A stretch of 34,635 nucleotides of DNA from an uncultured Gammaproteobacteria bacterium (GCA_913065105.1 CAJXZZ010000027.1:1-34635); one strand, 5' to 3'; positions 19,922-29,461 are shown, numbered from the stretch's first letter. The notes: generated from the sequence alone by a model not told the origin. Made by a program: numbers and translations.

Positions 19922-20620
19922 ATGCAGGATGAAAATGAAGTTATTATTGCAGGCACTGCACTCGATGTGCACGCAGATAACTACGAAGAATTTGATCAGG
20001 ATATTGACCCTGACAAACTCGGCAATAAACTTATACAGACAAACACACTCAAGGGCACGGTTAGAGAATACCAGCTATACGCAGCCAGGCATTTACTGCT
20101 CAATTTTGTTGAAAAGAAAAAAGCAAAAGAAAAAAAATTTCGCGTTGACCTTGCCTGGTTATCGTCAGAGCCTGAGCACAAAAAAATCATTGTATGGAAA
20201 TGGTTATACGGCACTTTAGCTGCAGGCGCTTTGACCGGATTGTTCATCTTCCTTGCAATCACACAGGCTATCAAACTCAAATATTGCATCATTGCTGGCA
20301 TCCTCACATTAACGACAGCATTAATCTGCTATTTGATTTTCCTTTACCTGATGCGCGATGAATATATCTTCAAAAGCTACTTTGGCAATGCGAAACTATT
20401 TTTAATCGAAAACAAAAGGCCTGACCAACAGAAATTTGACGGTTACTTCATAAACTTACAACAAACTATAGAAGTAACTCAAACCAATATACCTGTTGCA
20501 GACAGGCTGCTTGGTGAACTAAAAATGTGCCGCCGTTTAAAAGATGAAGGCATAATCGATGACAAAAGTTATACCGATGCAAGAACTGCGATCTTTAAAC
20601 ACGAACAGTATAAAGCTTAA
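19922..20620 (+). CDS. Membrane protein with two central TM helices and a C-terminal SHOCT-like motif
   Basis: Hydrophobic segments LYGTLAAGALTGLFIFLAI and IIAGILTLTTALICYLIFLYL. C-terminal LLGELKMCRRLKDEGIIDDKSYTDARTAIF resembles a SHOCT domain. Confidence 0.55.
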   Translation: MQDENEVIIAGTALDVHADNYEEFDQDIDPDKLGNKLIQTNTLKGTVREYQLYAARHLLLNFVEKKKAKEKKFRVDLAWLSSEPEHKKIIVWKWLYGTLAAGALTGLFIFLAITQAIKLKYCIIAGILTLTTALICYLIFLYLMRDEYIFKSYFGNAKLFLIENKRPDQQKFDGYFINLQQTIEVTQTNIPVADRLLGELKMCRRLKDEGIIDDKSYTDARTAIFKHEQYKA

Positions 20621-20648
20621 ATTCTCGATTTATTTAAGCGGCCTTTCG

Positions 20649-20972
20649 TTAAAAATCTATCGCCAGGTAAAAGAATATAAACCGTCCCTGTTCAATATCA
20701 ATTTTTAATGTTGCGCCGTGATATAACGCGTAATCGATATAACCCGGTACCGCACTGTTAACATGGCATTCACTAGCATGTTGCGGCGATTCAAAATCAC
20801 GATCTCGGTCATACCAGGCCAGCAACATATGCTCACCGATTAATTTCTCGGCTTGTCCATTAGCAAGCGTCATCGCCTGCAGATAATCGTCCAGAGCTGG
20901 CTCCGGTGACAACTCAACAAGAGTTACGCCTGTATAATCTGGCGCCTGTGGCAGGTTACATTTAGATTCCAT
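20649..20972 (-). CDS. Hypothetical protein (107 aa)
   Basis: ORF with plausible start. No family recognised. Confidence 0.45.
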   Translation of the reverse strand: MESKCNLPQAPDYTGVTLVELSPEPALDDYLQAMTLANGQAEKLIGEHMLLAWYDRDRDFESPQHASECHVNSAVPGYIDYALYHGATLKIDIEQGRFIFFYLAIDF

Positions 20973-21225
20973 AGTTTTATACCGTCATAGTATGAATTGA
21001 TATTCGATCAGATAAGTCTCGATTGATTTTAATCCTTAACTTACTGCAAATATATCGCATTACCAGGAAAACCCATTCTTAACGAAGTAATCACATTCAT
21101 TCGAAATGAATCTCACAATAATTCTGACCTTTTTAATTTAAATCTTTAATTAGCCGATAACCATAGATTTTTAGAAAAAGGACTTCTATTCTCTTCCTAA
21201 TCAAATACTTATCAAGGAGCTTTAA

Positions 21226-22914
21226 ATGGAAATTGCAATCCTGTCGCTGGTAGTCGTTTTTGCCGCAATCTATCTTATTAAACACCCACTCAAAGAAAGA
21301 GCTGGTTTATCAGCTAGTACCTTCACCAAAATTACACAGGGCGCATTTGTAATGCTGGGGATCATCGGACTTTTATCTCGATCATTCCTCATTGTTGATG
21401 CAAACGAAGTCGGGCATTTAAAACGCATCTACCTTGCAGATAACTTACCACCGGGACAGATAATCGCACTACAAGGTGAAAAAGGTCCTCAGTCAGAAAT
21501 TATTGGACCGGGTTTTCATTTTCGCTGGTTAGTTAGAATTTTATACGACATTGAATATAGCTCTGTCATCGAAATCCGTGAAGGCCAATATGGTTTATTA
21601 CTGGCAAAAGATGGTGAGCCGTTAAAAGCCGAACAATTTCTCGCCGCTTCATGGAAACCAGACGACTCTAAAAACATGTTAAACGCAGATTACTTTTTAA
21701 CTGAAGGTAAAGGCCAGAAAGGCCCTCAGTTAGAAGTACTTCGTCCCGGTAAATACCGTATCAACCAGTATCTATTTTCTGTTGAACCCAAAAACGCACT
21801 TGATGTACCAACAGGTCATGTCGCGGTTATTCGTTCCAATGTGCAGACAACCGATGACTGTACCAGCACCGTTGATGTCGAAGGAGGTACAGGTGCAAAC
21901 GTTGCTACTCCTATCGTGCCTAAAGGATGTATTGGTGTCTGGGATGAGCCACTACCTCCCGGCCGATATTATTTAAATGAAAAAGCCTATGTCAGCACAA
22001 TCATTCCAACACGGTTACAAACCTGGTCGTACAAAGGGGGTTATACCCAACGGACCATACATTTAACCGTAGATAACAATGGAAAAATAAAACAGGAAGA
22101 ACAACAGCTTGAAATCACAGTACCAAAAGAAGCTGCCGATAAAGCTATTATTGTACGCGTAGAGGGCTGGACAGTACCGGTAGAAATGCGTGTTGTGGTG
22201 CAGGTACACCCCAAAGATGCACCAATTGTTGTGGCATCAATCGGTGACTTGCAACGCGTAGAAGATAATATTATTACGCCGGCGATCAGAGATATTCTTC
22301 GTAGTATCGGCGGTGATCCAAAACGTAAAGTTATGGATTTTGTTGAACGCCGTAACGAAATAACTGCTGAAGTCGAACAGGCAATCGCCATTGAAGGTCG
22401 CAAAGCAGGTGTCACCATTCAGGAAGTGCGTATGGGTGAACCAGCGATTCCGCCTGAATTGTTAGTCGCAACATTACGCCAACAATTAGCTACACAATTA
22501 AGAAGCACATACAAAGAGGAGCAAGAAGCACAGAAAGAACGTATCTCCGTAGAACGTGAACGTGCAACCGCAGATCAACAAAAAATTCTGGTCGCCGCTG
22601 AGATTGCTAAAAAAGCAGCCAGCTTTAGAAAAGACCAGTTGCGACTGGAAGGTGAAGGCGAAAGATTAAAACTCACCGAGATTGCTCGTGGTCAAAAAGA
22701 ACAGGCCGATGTTTTAGGTAAAGACCGCGCCCTGCAACTGCAAGCCTTAACGCTTGCACTAGATGCCGCCGTTCAAAACCCGGCAATCGTAAAGGTACCT
22801 ACTGTAATGGTTAGTGGACAAGGCAGTAGTTTGGAAGGTGCAGCAGCAATTTTAGGTGCATCAACTTTGGTCAATGGCATCTCTGGCTCTACAGCGAAAT
22901 CAAACAACAAATAA
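21226..22914 (+). CDS. SPFH/band-7 domain protein of the flotillin (YqiK-like) family
   Basis: N-terminal TM helix, then an SPFH-like region and a long Ala/Glu/Lys/Arg/Gln-rich coiled coil (…EQEAQKERISVERERATADQQKILVAAEIAKK…) typical of flotillin C-terminal repeats. 562 aa, as in E. coli YqiK. Confidence 0.7.
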   Translation: MEIAILSLVVVFAAIYLIKHPLKERAGLSASTFTKITQGAFVMLGIIGLLSRSFLIVDANEVGHLKRIYLADNLPPGQIIALQGEKGPQSEIIGPGFHFRWLVRILYDIEYSSVIEIREGQYGLLLAKDGEPLKAEQFLAASWKPDDSKNMLNADYFLTEGKGQKGPQLEVLRPGKYRINQYLFSVEPKNALDVPTGHVAVIRSNVQTTDDCTSTVDVEGGTGANVATPIVPKGCIGVWDEPLPPGRYYLNEKAYVSTIIPTRLQTWSYKGGYTQRTIHLTVDNNGKIKQEEQQLEITVPKEAADKAIIVRVEGWTVPVEMRVVVQVHPKDAPIVVASIGDLQRVEDNIITPAIRDILRSIGGDPKRKVMDFVERRNEITAEVEQAIAIEGRKAGVTIQEVRMGEPAIPPELLVATLRQQLATQLRSTYKEEQEAQKERISVERERATADQQKILVAAEIAKKAASFRKDQLRLEGEGERLKLTEIARGQKEQADVLGKDRALQLQALTLALDAAVQNPAIVKVPTVMVSGQGSSLEGAAAILGASTLVNGISGSTAKSNNK

Positions 22915-23028
22915 ACCTGCTTATACACCATTAATGATCAATCCCATTTTACAAGAAAGATTGTCAATTTCTGGAGTATGATGCATGTTGGAAGTAGTTC
23001 AACGTCAATAAAAACAAAAGAGGAAAAT

Positions 23029-23466
23029 ATGATGAACCTAATAAATCGAACTTTACAAATATTAGCAGTAGCACTGTTAGCAACACCCCTAAGCGCTTAT
23101 GCCGAATCATGGAGCTGTAGCCATGGCAACGACGTACGTGAAGTCCACATCGAACGTACCACTTCTTCCCCTGTACCATGTAACGTTGTTTACAAGAAAC
23201 AAACTGAAGGTGTTGAGGACCAGATACTCTGGAATGCAACCAGCGATGACAGTTACTGCGAAGAAAAAGCACAGGGTTTTATTGCCAAACTTGAATCCTG
23301 GGGATGGGTTTGTGCAGAAACCGTCAGTGATGAAGTAATAGAGGTTGTAGAAGAAGTTGAGGTTATAGAAGAAGTAGTAGTAGTAGAAGAAGAAGTAGTA
23401 GTAGAAGAAACAACCGCGACTGAAGCTGGCAATAATAGTACTGAAGAAGTTCCAGCAACTGAATAA
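23029..23466 (+). CDS. Secreted 4-Cys protein with a C-terminal acidic (Val/Glu) low-complexity tail
   Basis: Start at the internal MM (RBS AGGAAAA upstream; signal MMNLINRTLQILAVALLATPLSAYA). The tail VIEVVEEVEVIEEVVVVEEEVVVEE is encoded by GAA/GTA triplet repeats. Confidence 0.6.
   Translation: MMNLINRTLQILAVALLATPLSAYAESWSCSHGNDVREVHIERTTSSPVPCNVVYKKQTEGVEDQILWNATSDDSYCEEKAQGFIAKLESWGWVCAETVSDEVIEVVEEVEVIEEVVVVEEEVVVEETTATEAGNNSTEEVPATE
23335..23410 (+). repeat. In-frame GAA/GTA/GTT triplet low-complexity repeat within the CDS
   Basis: gaagtaatagaggttgtagaagaagttgaggttatagaagaagtagtagtagtagaagaagaagtagtagtagaagaa. It also generates the spurious antisense poly-Leu ORFs 23107..23478 and 23363..23578. 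Confidence 0.7.
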
Positions 23467-23720
23467 ACACTCCACCAAAGTTATCTGTTATACCTCGGGG
23501 CCTATCTGGTTTTAATGACAAGATCGGCCCCGTTATTCTAAAAGTTTCACTATTCTGTGATATCGAAGCTGATGCCAAAAGATCTAATTGCCTGAACCCC
23601 TAATCACGATAAGAAAAAACAAAACTACAGCTATTAGTATTTGTGCGGTATTCTTCAGTTTCAAAGAAATCGCGACTGCAAAACAGTGCTGCATAATATA
23701 AACAACCACCCGGAGTCCCT

Positions 23721-24515
23721 GTGTTAAATCATCACACTAAAATCCTGACAATCCTGTTCATTAGCCTTAATCTCTTACTCGGCTGTCAGGACGAAGCACC
23801 TCAAGCATCGGTTACAAAAACATCAGTAACACAGTCACCAGTAGCACCATCAGCTGAAAGCCCAGCTGGCATTACTTCAGGTACGGGGACGGTTATCGAA
23901 AGCATCGACGCCTCGGTCTACACCTATGTTCAGGCAGAGTTAAATGGTGAAAATATCTGGCTGGCTGGCCCAAAAACCACGATCACTCAAGGTAACTCCA
24001 TCGATGTAGACACCAGGGCGCCGATGCGAAACTTTCACAGTAAGGCATTAAACCGTGACTTCCCTGTTGTCTACTTCGTCGATCACTTCACAGGCGATGC
24101 CGTACAGAGCGTAGCAGTGGTGCCTACTACTTCTTCAGCTGACCTGCCGCCCGGTCACGCACCCATTAGTAATATTAGTACCATGCCCAGCACAGAGATC
24201 TCATTAAACCAGCCTGTTGAGCGTGCCGAAGGCGGTCACAGCATCGCCGAAATCATCACCAACAAAAATGCGCTCTCAGGCAAGCTAGTAAAAGTGCGCG
24301 GCAAGGTCACCAAATTTACCGGTGATGTCATGAAGAAAAACTGGATTCACATGATAGATGGTAGCGGTGATAATGACCTGACGGTAATTACCGATCAGGT
24401 CGTAACGGTTGACCAGATGATCGTTATCGAAGGTACTGTCTTACTCGACAAAGACTTTGGTCATGGTTATGTCTATGAGTTATTGATTGACGATGCCAAA
24501 GTAACTATAGAATAA
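23721..24515 (+). CDS. Lipoprotein with two internally related beta-rich (OB-fold/BOF-like?) domains
   Basis: Lipobox LLLGC after a hydrophobic signal. Two segments (GTVIESIDASVYTYVQAELNGENIWLAG… and GKLVKVRGKVTKF…WIHMIDGSGDNDLTV…) look related to each other and to YgiW/BOF-type domains. Low-confidence family call. Confidence 0.6.
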   Translation: MLNHHTKILTILFISLNLLLGCQDEAPQASVTKTSVTQSPVAPSAESPAGITSGTGTVIESIDASVYTYVQAELNGENIWLAGPKTTITQGNSIDVDTRAPMRNFHSKALNRDFPVVYFVDHFTGDAVQSVAVVPTTSSADLPPGHAPISNISTMPSTEISLNQPVERAEGGHSIAEIITNKNALSGKLVKVRGKVTKFTGDVMKKNWIHMIDGSGDNDLTVITDQVVTVDQMIVIEGTVLLDKDFGHGYVYELLIDDAKVTIE

Positions 24516-24553
24516 TGCTAGCCGCATCAAAACAGATAAATTCGGAGAATTAA

Positions 24554-24775
24554 ATGAGCAACGATCTAATGATACTGCCGGCAAATGAACCCGCCAATGT
24601 TCGCCTGATACGGATACCCGATGATTTTGAACAACACGAAGCCTACCGTTACGTGACAGGTTTGATCGCGAAAGCGGAAGAAGAGTCAGACTACACCTGG
24701 GATGATATTTTGGATTTACTGGAAGAAAGAGGTTTCGAAGCCGTTGAGTTCGTACTGGGCCCTTCACTGGATTGA
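24554..24775 (+). CDS. Small acidic hypothetical protein (73 aa)
   Basis: RBS-like GGAGAA 8 nt upstream of the ATG. No family recognised. Confidence 0.4.
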   Translation: MSNDLMILPANEPANVRLIRIPDDFEQHEAYRYVTGLIAKAEEESDYTWDDILDLLEERGFEAVEFVLGPSLD

Positions 24776-24784
24776 CACTTGCTG

Positions 24785-25474
24785 CTAATCGCTTTTTTCC
24801 AGCACGATATTTTTGATTGCCACATTAAATTTTGCGTGTGTATTATCGCCATCGGCCATTAACCACAAAGCCACCACATCCTGGGCTTGTTCGAACTGAA
24901 AAGTTGATTTTTGCCACCCTGAACCAGCGTCCGTACTCGCTAAAGAAATCATAGTGATTCGCTTGTTGTAGGGACCGACCCAGCGTTCACCCGGTGCATG
25001 TCTTGCACCTACGACCAGATATATCATCTCTTCCGAAGGAAACGTCAACAGTGCTCTAACCTGTTTCAACCAGGACGGCACGAACGGATTGATTGAATCA
25101 TCGTCTGATTTCAATAACAGCCCCAGCTTGAATACAGCATCATCGCCATTTCGCAGAAGTTCATGTTGTGGATCTCTTATCAATGGCCCACCTTCACTGC
25201 GCCACTCAAAACTCACCTTGTTAATAGCTTGTACAGTTTCAAACGGCTGCATCAAAATTGACGCACTGTTATCAACATCGATCTGCAACTGCTGCTTCTG
25301 ATAAGTGATGCGATTAGCTTTTATTCTTTTAAACTGAATATGCGTGAAATTATCAGCCTGTAATGAAATAACCTCTGCCGGTGTTGCAGCGAATAAAATG
25401 TTTGTTTGCAGAAATATAATCACCGCAAAGGGTACAGAGATATAACAGAGGTTTCTTTTTAGGACCATCATCAA
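24785..25474 (-). CDS. Secreted hypothetical protein (229 aa)
   Basis: Signal peptide …ISVPFAVIIFLQTNILFAATPA. No family recognised with confidence. Confidence 0.6.
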   Translation of the reverse strand: MMMVLKRNLCYISVPFAVIIFLQTNILFAATPAEVISLQADNFTHIQFKRIKANRITYQKQQLQIDVDNSASILMQPFETVQAINKVSFEWRSEGGPLIRDPQHELLRNGDDAVFKLGLLLKSDDDSINPFVPSWLKQVRALLTFPSEEMIYLVVGARHAPGERWVGPYNKRITMISLASTDAGSGWQKSTFQFEQAQDVVALWLMADGDNTHAKFNVAIKNIVLEKSD

Positions 25475-25631
25475 GCTTCGAAAATAAATAATGAACGCTT
25501 AGGCATAACAACAGGACTTAAGTTCGCTACGTTACTAAAGATAAAAGTCTTTATTTAAAGGAGCATGTCAGTGGTAAGTTCACCTTAGTGCGCTTATCAT
25601 ACATGGCATTAAAACACTAAGGCATGTAGCT

Positions 25632-26168
25632 GTGGCAATTAAACCGACCATCTATAAACTGAAGATTTCGTTATCCGATCTCAACAGAAACTATTACGAC
25701 ACACTCAACTTAACCCTTGCGTTGCATCCTTCTGAAACCGTCGAACGCATGATGGTTCGGGTTTTAGCCTATTGCCTCAACGCGCAGGAGCATCTGAGCT
25801 TTACCAAAGGGCTGAGCGCCATCGATGAACCAGACCTATGGGTGCGTACACTGGATGATCAAATTTCACTATGGATTGATATCGGCGAACCCGCTGTCGA
25901 TAGAATAAAAAAAGCTAGCCGACTTGCGCGAGCCGTTAAGGTTTATTGCTTTAATACAAAATCGGATGTCTGGTGGCAACAGGCGAAACAAAAAATCAAT
26001 CAGCTGAAGGCATCTATTTTTCGCTTTCAGTGGTTAGAGATTGAAGCACTGGCGGCATTGGTGCAGCGAACCATGGAGATTTCCGTCACCATTACCGGTG
26101 ACTCTGCCTATGTGGCGACTGAGCTCGGCGAGTGTGAAGTGAGCTGGGAAGTTTTACAGGAAGCATAA
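25632..26168 (+). CDS. yaeQ: YaeQ family protein
   Basis: GTG start. MAIKPTIYKLKISLSDLNRNYYDT…LTLALHPSETVERMMVRVLAY matches the conserved YaeQ N-terminus. 178 aa. Confidence 0.82.
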   Translation: MAIKPTIYKLKISLSDLNRNYYDTLNLTLALHPSETVERMMVRVLAYCLNAQEHLSFTKGLSAIDEPDLWVRTLDDQISLWIDIGEPAVDRIKKASRLARAVKVYCFNTKSDVWWQQAKQKINQLKASIFRFQWLEIEALAALVQRTMEISVTITGDSAYVATELGECEVSWEVLQEA

Positions 26169-26170
26169 TG

Positions 26171-26376
26171 AGCAGCTAACTGCTTTCACGCAAACCAAGA
26201 CCCTCAAACAGATCCTTTTTTTCATTGATGGCTTGTGTCATATGGTCACGAACAGCCAGCACGCGTGCTGTTCGTTTCAGATCGGGATGTAATAACACCC
26301 AGAGCCCAAGATTATAAGCAGGATCTGGATCACCATAACGTTCAAGCAGGATATTGAATGCCAGCCTCCGCAGGCA
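26171..26376 (-). pseudogene. C-terminal ~68-aa remnant of a LysR-family transcriptional regulator
   Basis: Minus-strand translation …LAFNILLERYGDPDPAYNLGLWVLLHPDLKRTARVLAVRDHMTQAINEKKDLFEGLGLRESS* resembles a LysR-type C-terminus. An in-frame TAA lies immediately upstream and no N-terminal HTH part is present. Confidence 0.5.
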
Positions 26377-26410
26377 TGACGATGTTTAAAAAGGTGATGA
26401 AGGGATTATT

Positions 26411-26490
26411 TTTTAACCTTTCCGTCGTATTGGTCATTATTTAATCCCTCCGTCACCTTTTAATACACCTGTCCGTCGTTATTGTTTGGT
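26411..26490. repeat. Two to three direct copies of a CCnTCCGTCGT(T)ATTG(TT)TGGTCAT-like motif at the junction between the LysR remnant and the CLCA-like gene
   Basis: cctttccgtcgtattggtcat … ccctccgtcacc … cctgtccgtcgttattgtttggtcat. The last copy encodes the CLCA-like gene's final codons and stop. Not palindromic, so not an attC. Confidence 0.45.
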
Positions 26491-28914
26491 CATAAGCTGC
26501 ATCTTTCTAGAACAGCAACAACGCCATATAAGAAATGCAACCACTATCAACACAATAAGAATAATAATGACTAACCATTGAATCAGTAGAATGTCTTTAT
26601 CTTGATCGTCATCAGCAGGCGTTGTTTTATGATCGTCTTCAGGCTCTGTTACTTTATCGTTGGGGTCGCTTACTCCCGCTGATATACGAACCTCCCGCAT
26701 AAAGCGAGGGCTCTTCTGGGTTACGTCACTGCTATGCCCTTCTTCCCCTAGGTGCCATTGATCAATATTTACCTTGAAATGGAATCCGTAGGCGCCTTTT
26801 TGCGCCGTGTTGGTATAAACACCGGTGAATATTCCATCGCCAGCCATGTCATCGCCATGGCCGCCGGCATCACGACCATTGTCATACAATTCTACTGTGT
26901 CTTTGGAACCGTCTGGCAATGTGACTATAGCGAGAATCTTTTCACCTTGCTTCGTCACAGTACCGCCGATGCTTCGACCAATCGCATAAACGTATATCTC
27001 CTCATTGGGTTTGACGCTCGGTTTGCGTAATGATGCGATAAAGTTATTGATCCTGTTATGAGTGTAGGCACGTGCCACAAAAGGTGTATTGCTGCCGCTT
27101 CGTGGGTCAATAATCATCTGCCAGTCACCGGCTTTGGGCGCAGTAATACGTGCATAAGCCCCCTGCGGAATTGGTCGAGTCTGATATGTATTACCGTCTG
27201 GATCCTTCAGAATCACAGTCGCCCCAGCCTTGGCATCTTCCCAAAGCACACTAAAACTCACAGCTTCTGAGCCCTTATCAACATAGATCGTTTTTGGGCT
27301 ATAGGAGCCAATCTTGGCAAAGTTTCCATAAACCGAATCAATACTTTGAAAACCAGTCATTCTCTCGTGAAAATCGACGAAGTTTTCTGGCAGCTTGGCA
27401 GCGTCTGCCGAATCGGCATTAAATCCACCAGTACCACTGGCTATTTCTGCGCATTGCGATTGCAAGCCGAAATCACCGCCTGTACATGTTACATACACGG
27501 GAATGCCAGACGTTAACAGGTCGGCCACTTTTGTCTGTAAATCAGCATCTGCAGTGGCTTGTGGTTCAGGCCTGTTGTTAAGTCCGTCTGTCATTAATAC
27601 GATATAGGTATTGGCAGTTACACCTCCTGCCGCTACGATCATATCCTTAGCCTTTTGTAATCCATCTCCAATATTGGTCCACCCACCGGTGCCAAGCCCA
27701 GTAACCGCATTGTTCCAGTTACTACGATTATTCCCAAGTGGGTTGACCGCAACATCGGCGTGCCCGCTTCCCGGATTAGCATTCGTGGAGTAAGAGACAA
27801 TACCAAGCTCGGTATTGTTTTCTGCAGTAGCAATAAAATCGCTGGCCGCAACCTGTAGTCGCTGCAATCGTGTCGGTGATTCCAAGTCCATACTTCCGGA
27901 TTCATCCAACACCAACACAACGCGCACAGCATCATTTGTAATGATAAAGTTTGAGGCATTAACGACGGCACCGTTAGCCGCCGGATCCGGAGCACCAGTC
28001 GGTTTTAGAAATGTTGTCGGCCAGGACCATACGACCTGATCCCAAACAGAGCGATTGGAGCGGCAAGAGGATTGTTCAGTCGTATTGAAGGGATCATGAA
28101 TTCCACCTGACAGGTCTGTTAGATCCGTCGAATCAGCTTGTCCCCAACAGAACTCAGTGCCATTTTGATCCATTAGGCTGGATTCGAGTCCAGTGGTCGG
28201 GTGGGGGCAATTTCCTATTGAGGCATCACAAAATGATCCAGGGCAATTTGCATCCGTTGCGCAGTTATTGCCAACATTTGCCCCCGCTGCGCATTGTTTT
28301 ATAACATTACCACAGCCCGGCTGCCGATCTTCATACTCGTCCCTCGCATCAAATACCAGATGAGTAAATTCGTGGGCGAGTATAATTCCCTGGTTAGCTG
28401 GATCAGTGATGTTATCAATGGACACCTCCATAAAACCGCCGGTTCTATAATGTCCGGAATTCGCTTGCCACCATGTGTAATTAGTACTGGGGTGGATAAC
28501 TAAATCCGCTTGATTGCTGCTGATCGCATTATTGTGAATCGTCGCGATACCAATCTCAGCTTGGCCATCGGAGGCATCAAACAAGGCGGCAGACGTTGAT
28601 GTGATGAGGTTTTGTATGGAAGTTATATCGGCTGCGGGTGCATCGTAGAGAATAGCAACAGTGATATTGAAAACATTGCGGTCAGCACAAGTTGACCCAG
28701 GGCATTGGGTATTTTGCTTGCAGTAATTGCCAGCATTGGTACCGGCCAAGCACACACGACGAAATACCGGGGCTGGACGATTTTCGATTTCGCCATTGAT
28801 GGTGGCAGCATGTGTTGCCCAGGCGCTTTCTGATGCAAATGAGCATATAAGAATGAAGAAACTACCTAGCAGACCAGGTAAAACTGAATACCGATACTTT
28901 TTTAACATTTTCAT
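26479..28914 (-). CDS. Secreted, C-terminally membrane-anchored CLCA-like zinc metalloprotease with vWA domain and Cys-rich repeats (~811 aa)
   Basis: Start at the internal M (AGGAGG 8 nt upstream; signal MKMLKKYRYSVLPGLLGSFFILICSFASESAWA). ILAHEFTHLVFDARDEYED gives HExxH-x7-E with the spacing of CLCA N-terminal hydrolases (HEWAHLRWGVFDEY). vWA MIDAS VVLVLDESGSMD…IVLMTDGLNN. Two Cys-rich segments. C-terminal acidic stretch, TM helix and a basic tail. Confidence 0.8.
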   Translation of the reverse strand: MKMLKKYRYSVLPGLLGSFFILICSFASESAWATHAATINGEIENRPAPVFRRVCLAGTNAGNYCKQNTQCPGSTCADRNVFNITVAILYDAPAADITSIQNLITSTSAALFDASDGQAEIGIATIHNNAISSNQADLVIHPSTNYTWWQANSGHYRTGGFMEVSIDNITDPANQGIILAHEFTHLVFDARDEYEDRQPGCGNVIKQCAAGANVGNNCATDANCPGSFCDASIGNCPHPTTGLESSLMDQNGTEFCWGQADSTDLTDLSGGIHDPFNTTEQSSCRSNRSVWDQVVWSWPTTFLKPTGAPDPAANGAVVNASNFIITNDAVRVVLVLDESGSMDLESPTRLQRLQVAASDFIATAENNTELGIVSYSTNANPGSGHADVAVNPLGNNRSNWNNAVTGLGTGGWTNIGDGLQKAKDMIVAAGGVTANTYIVLMTDGLNNRPEPQATADADLQTKVADLLTSGIPVYVTCTGGDFGLQSQCAEIASGTGGFNADSADAAKLPENFVDFHERMTGFQSIDSVYGNFAKIGSYSPKTIYVDKGSEAVSFSVLWEDAKAGATVILKDPDGNTYQTRPIPQGAYARITAPKAGDWQMIIDPRSGSNTPFVARAYTHNRINNFIASLRKPSVKPNEEIYVYAIGRSIGGTVTKQGEKILAIVTLPDGSKDTVELYDNGRDAGGHGDDMAGDGIFTGVYTNTAQKGAYGFHFKVNIDQWHLGEEGHSSDVTQKSPRFMREVRISAGVSDPNDKVTEPEDDHKTTPADDDQDKDILLIQWLVIIILIVLIVVAFLIWRCCCSRKMQLMTKQ

Positions 28915-28963
28915 AACTCTACCTCCTGGTGGTGAATTTGTTTTCATAGCCTCGTTGTATTGC

Positions 28964-29032
28964 ACTTAACGTTCGAGTTGAGGCGCGCTGGCGCGTTTTT
29001 TGCCTGCGTCACTCTCGAACGATTTGTTAAGC
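28964..29032 (-). mobile_element. attC-like site (a), ~69 bp, between the 4-TM cassette ORF and the CLCA-like gene
   Basis: In ORF sense: GCTTAAC (contains the ORF's TAA stop) … imperfect palindrome (gttcgag / ctcgaac arms) … GTTAAGT. Matches RYYYAAC … GTTRRRY. Confidence 0.6.
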
Positions 29033-29452
29033 GTCATGCTTAAGATAAACTCTTTGTAATATTTGTCGCACCAACTGCCTCATAATTTCAATTAGAACGA
29101 ATGCCGCGGTTACTACTTCAAACAGGATCGTCGAATTCATTGCTACCGTATGCTCTGATAATGGAGCAAGCACATAATGTCCAAGGCTGTCGACACCCAG
29201 CGCAGCATATATAGCCAAAATCAATAGGCCCACAATGTTATACCTGGAATTTGCAAGAATCCACCCGAATACTCCTACGATCGTCAGTCCGACCCAAGCG
29301 AAATATACACCTATACGCGTCCACGATGTTGGTAGGCTTGGATAATCCGAGAGGAACTCGGCATTGTGGACAAAATGTATAAGGCTTGCCGTCCCATAAA
29401 TGAGAAGTAAGATAAGAAGTATTTTCTGTGCTGGTCTACGCATCTTTAACAT
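29027..29452 (-). CDS. Cassette ORF: 4-TM small membrane protein (141 aa)
   Basis: Four hydrophobic helices. The ATG lies 10 nt after the GTTAGGC core of the upstream attC. Confidence 0.65.
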   Translation of the reverse strand: MLKMRRPAQKILLILLLIYGTASLIHFVHNAEFLSDYPSLPTSWTRIGVYFAWVGLTIVGVFGWILANSRYNIVGLLILAIYAALGVDSLGHYVLAPLSEHTVAMNSTILFEVVTAAFVLIEIMRQLVRQILQRVYLKHDA

Positions 29453-29461
29453 AGCTTCCGA

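Noticed and set aside
23107-23578. Minus-strand ORFs with poly-Leu and poly-Phe/Tyr runs (23107..23478, 23363..23578)
   Set aside because: Artefacts of translating the GAA/GTA triplet repeat on the opposite strand.
26752-28969. Numerous 60-120 aa ORFs on both strands inside the CLCA-like gene
   Set aside because: All overlap the long, motif-supported 811-aa CDS. They arise from its moderately GC-rich composition.
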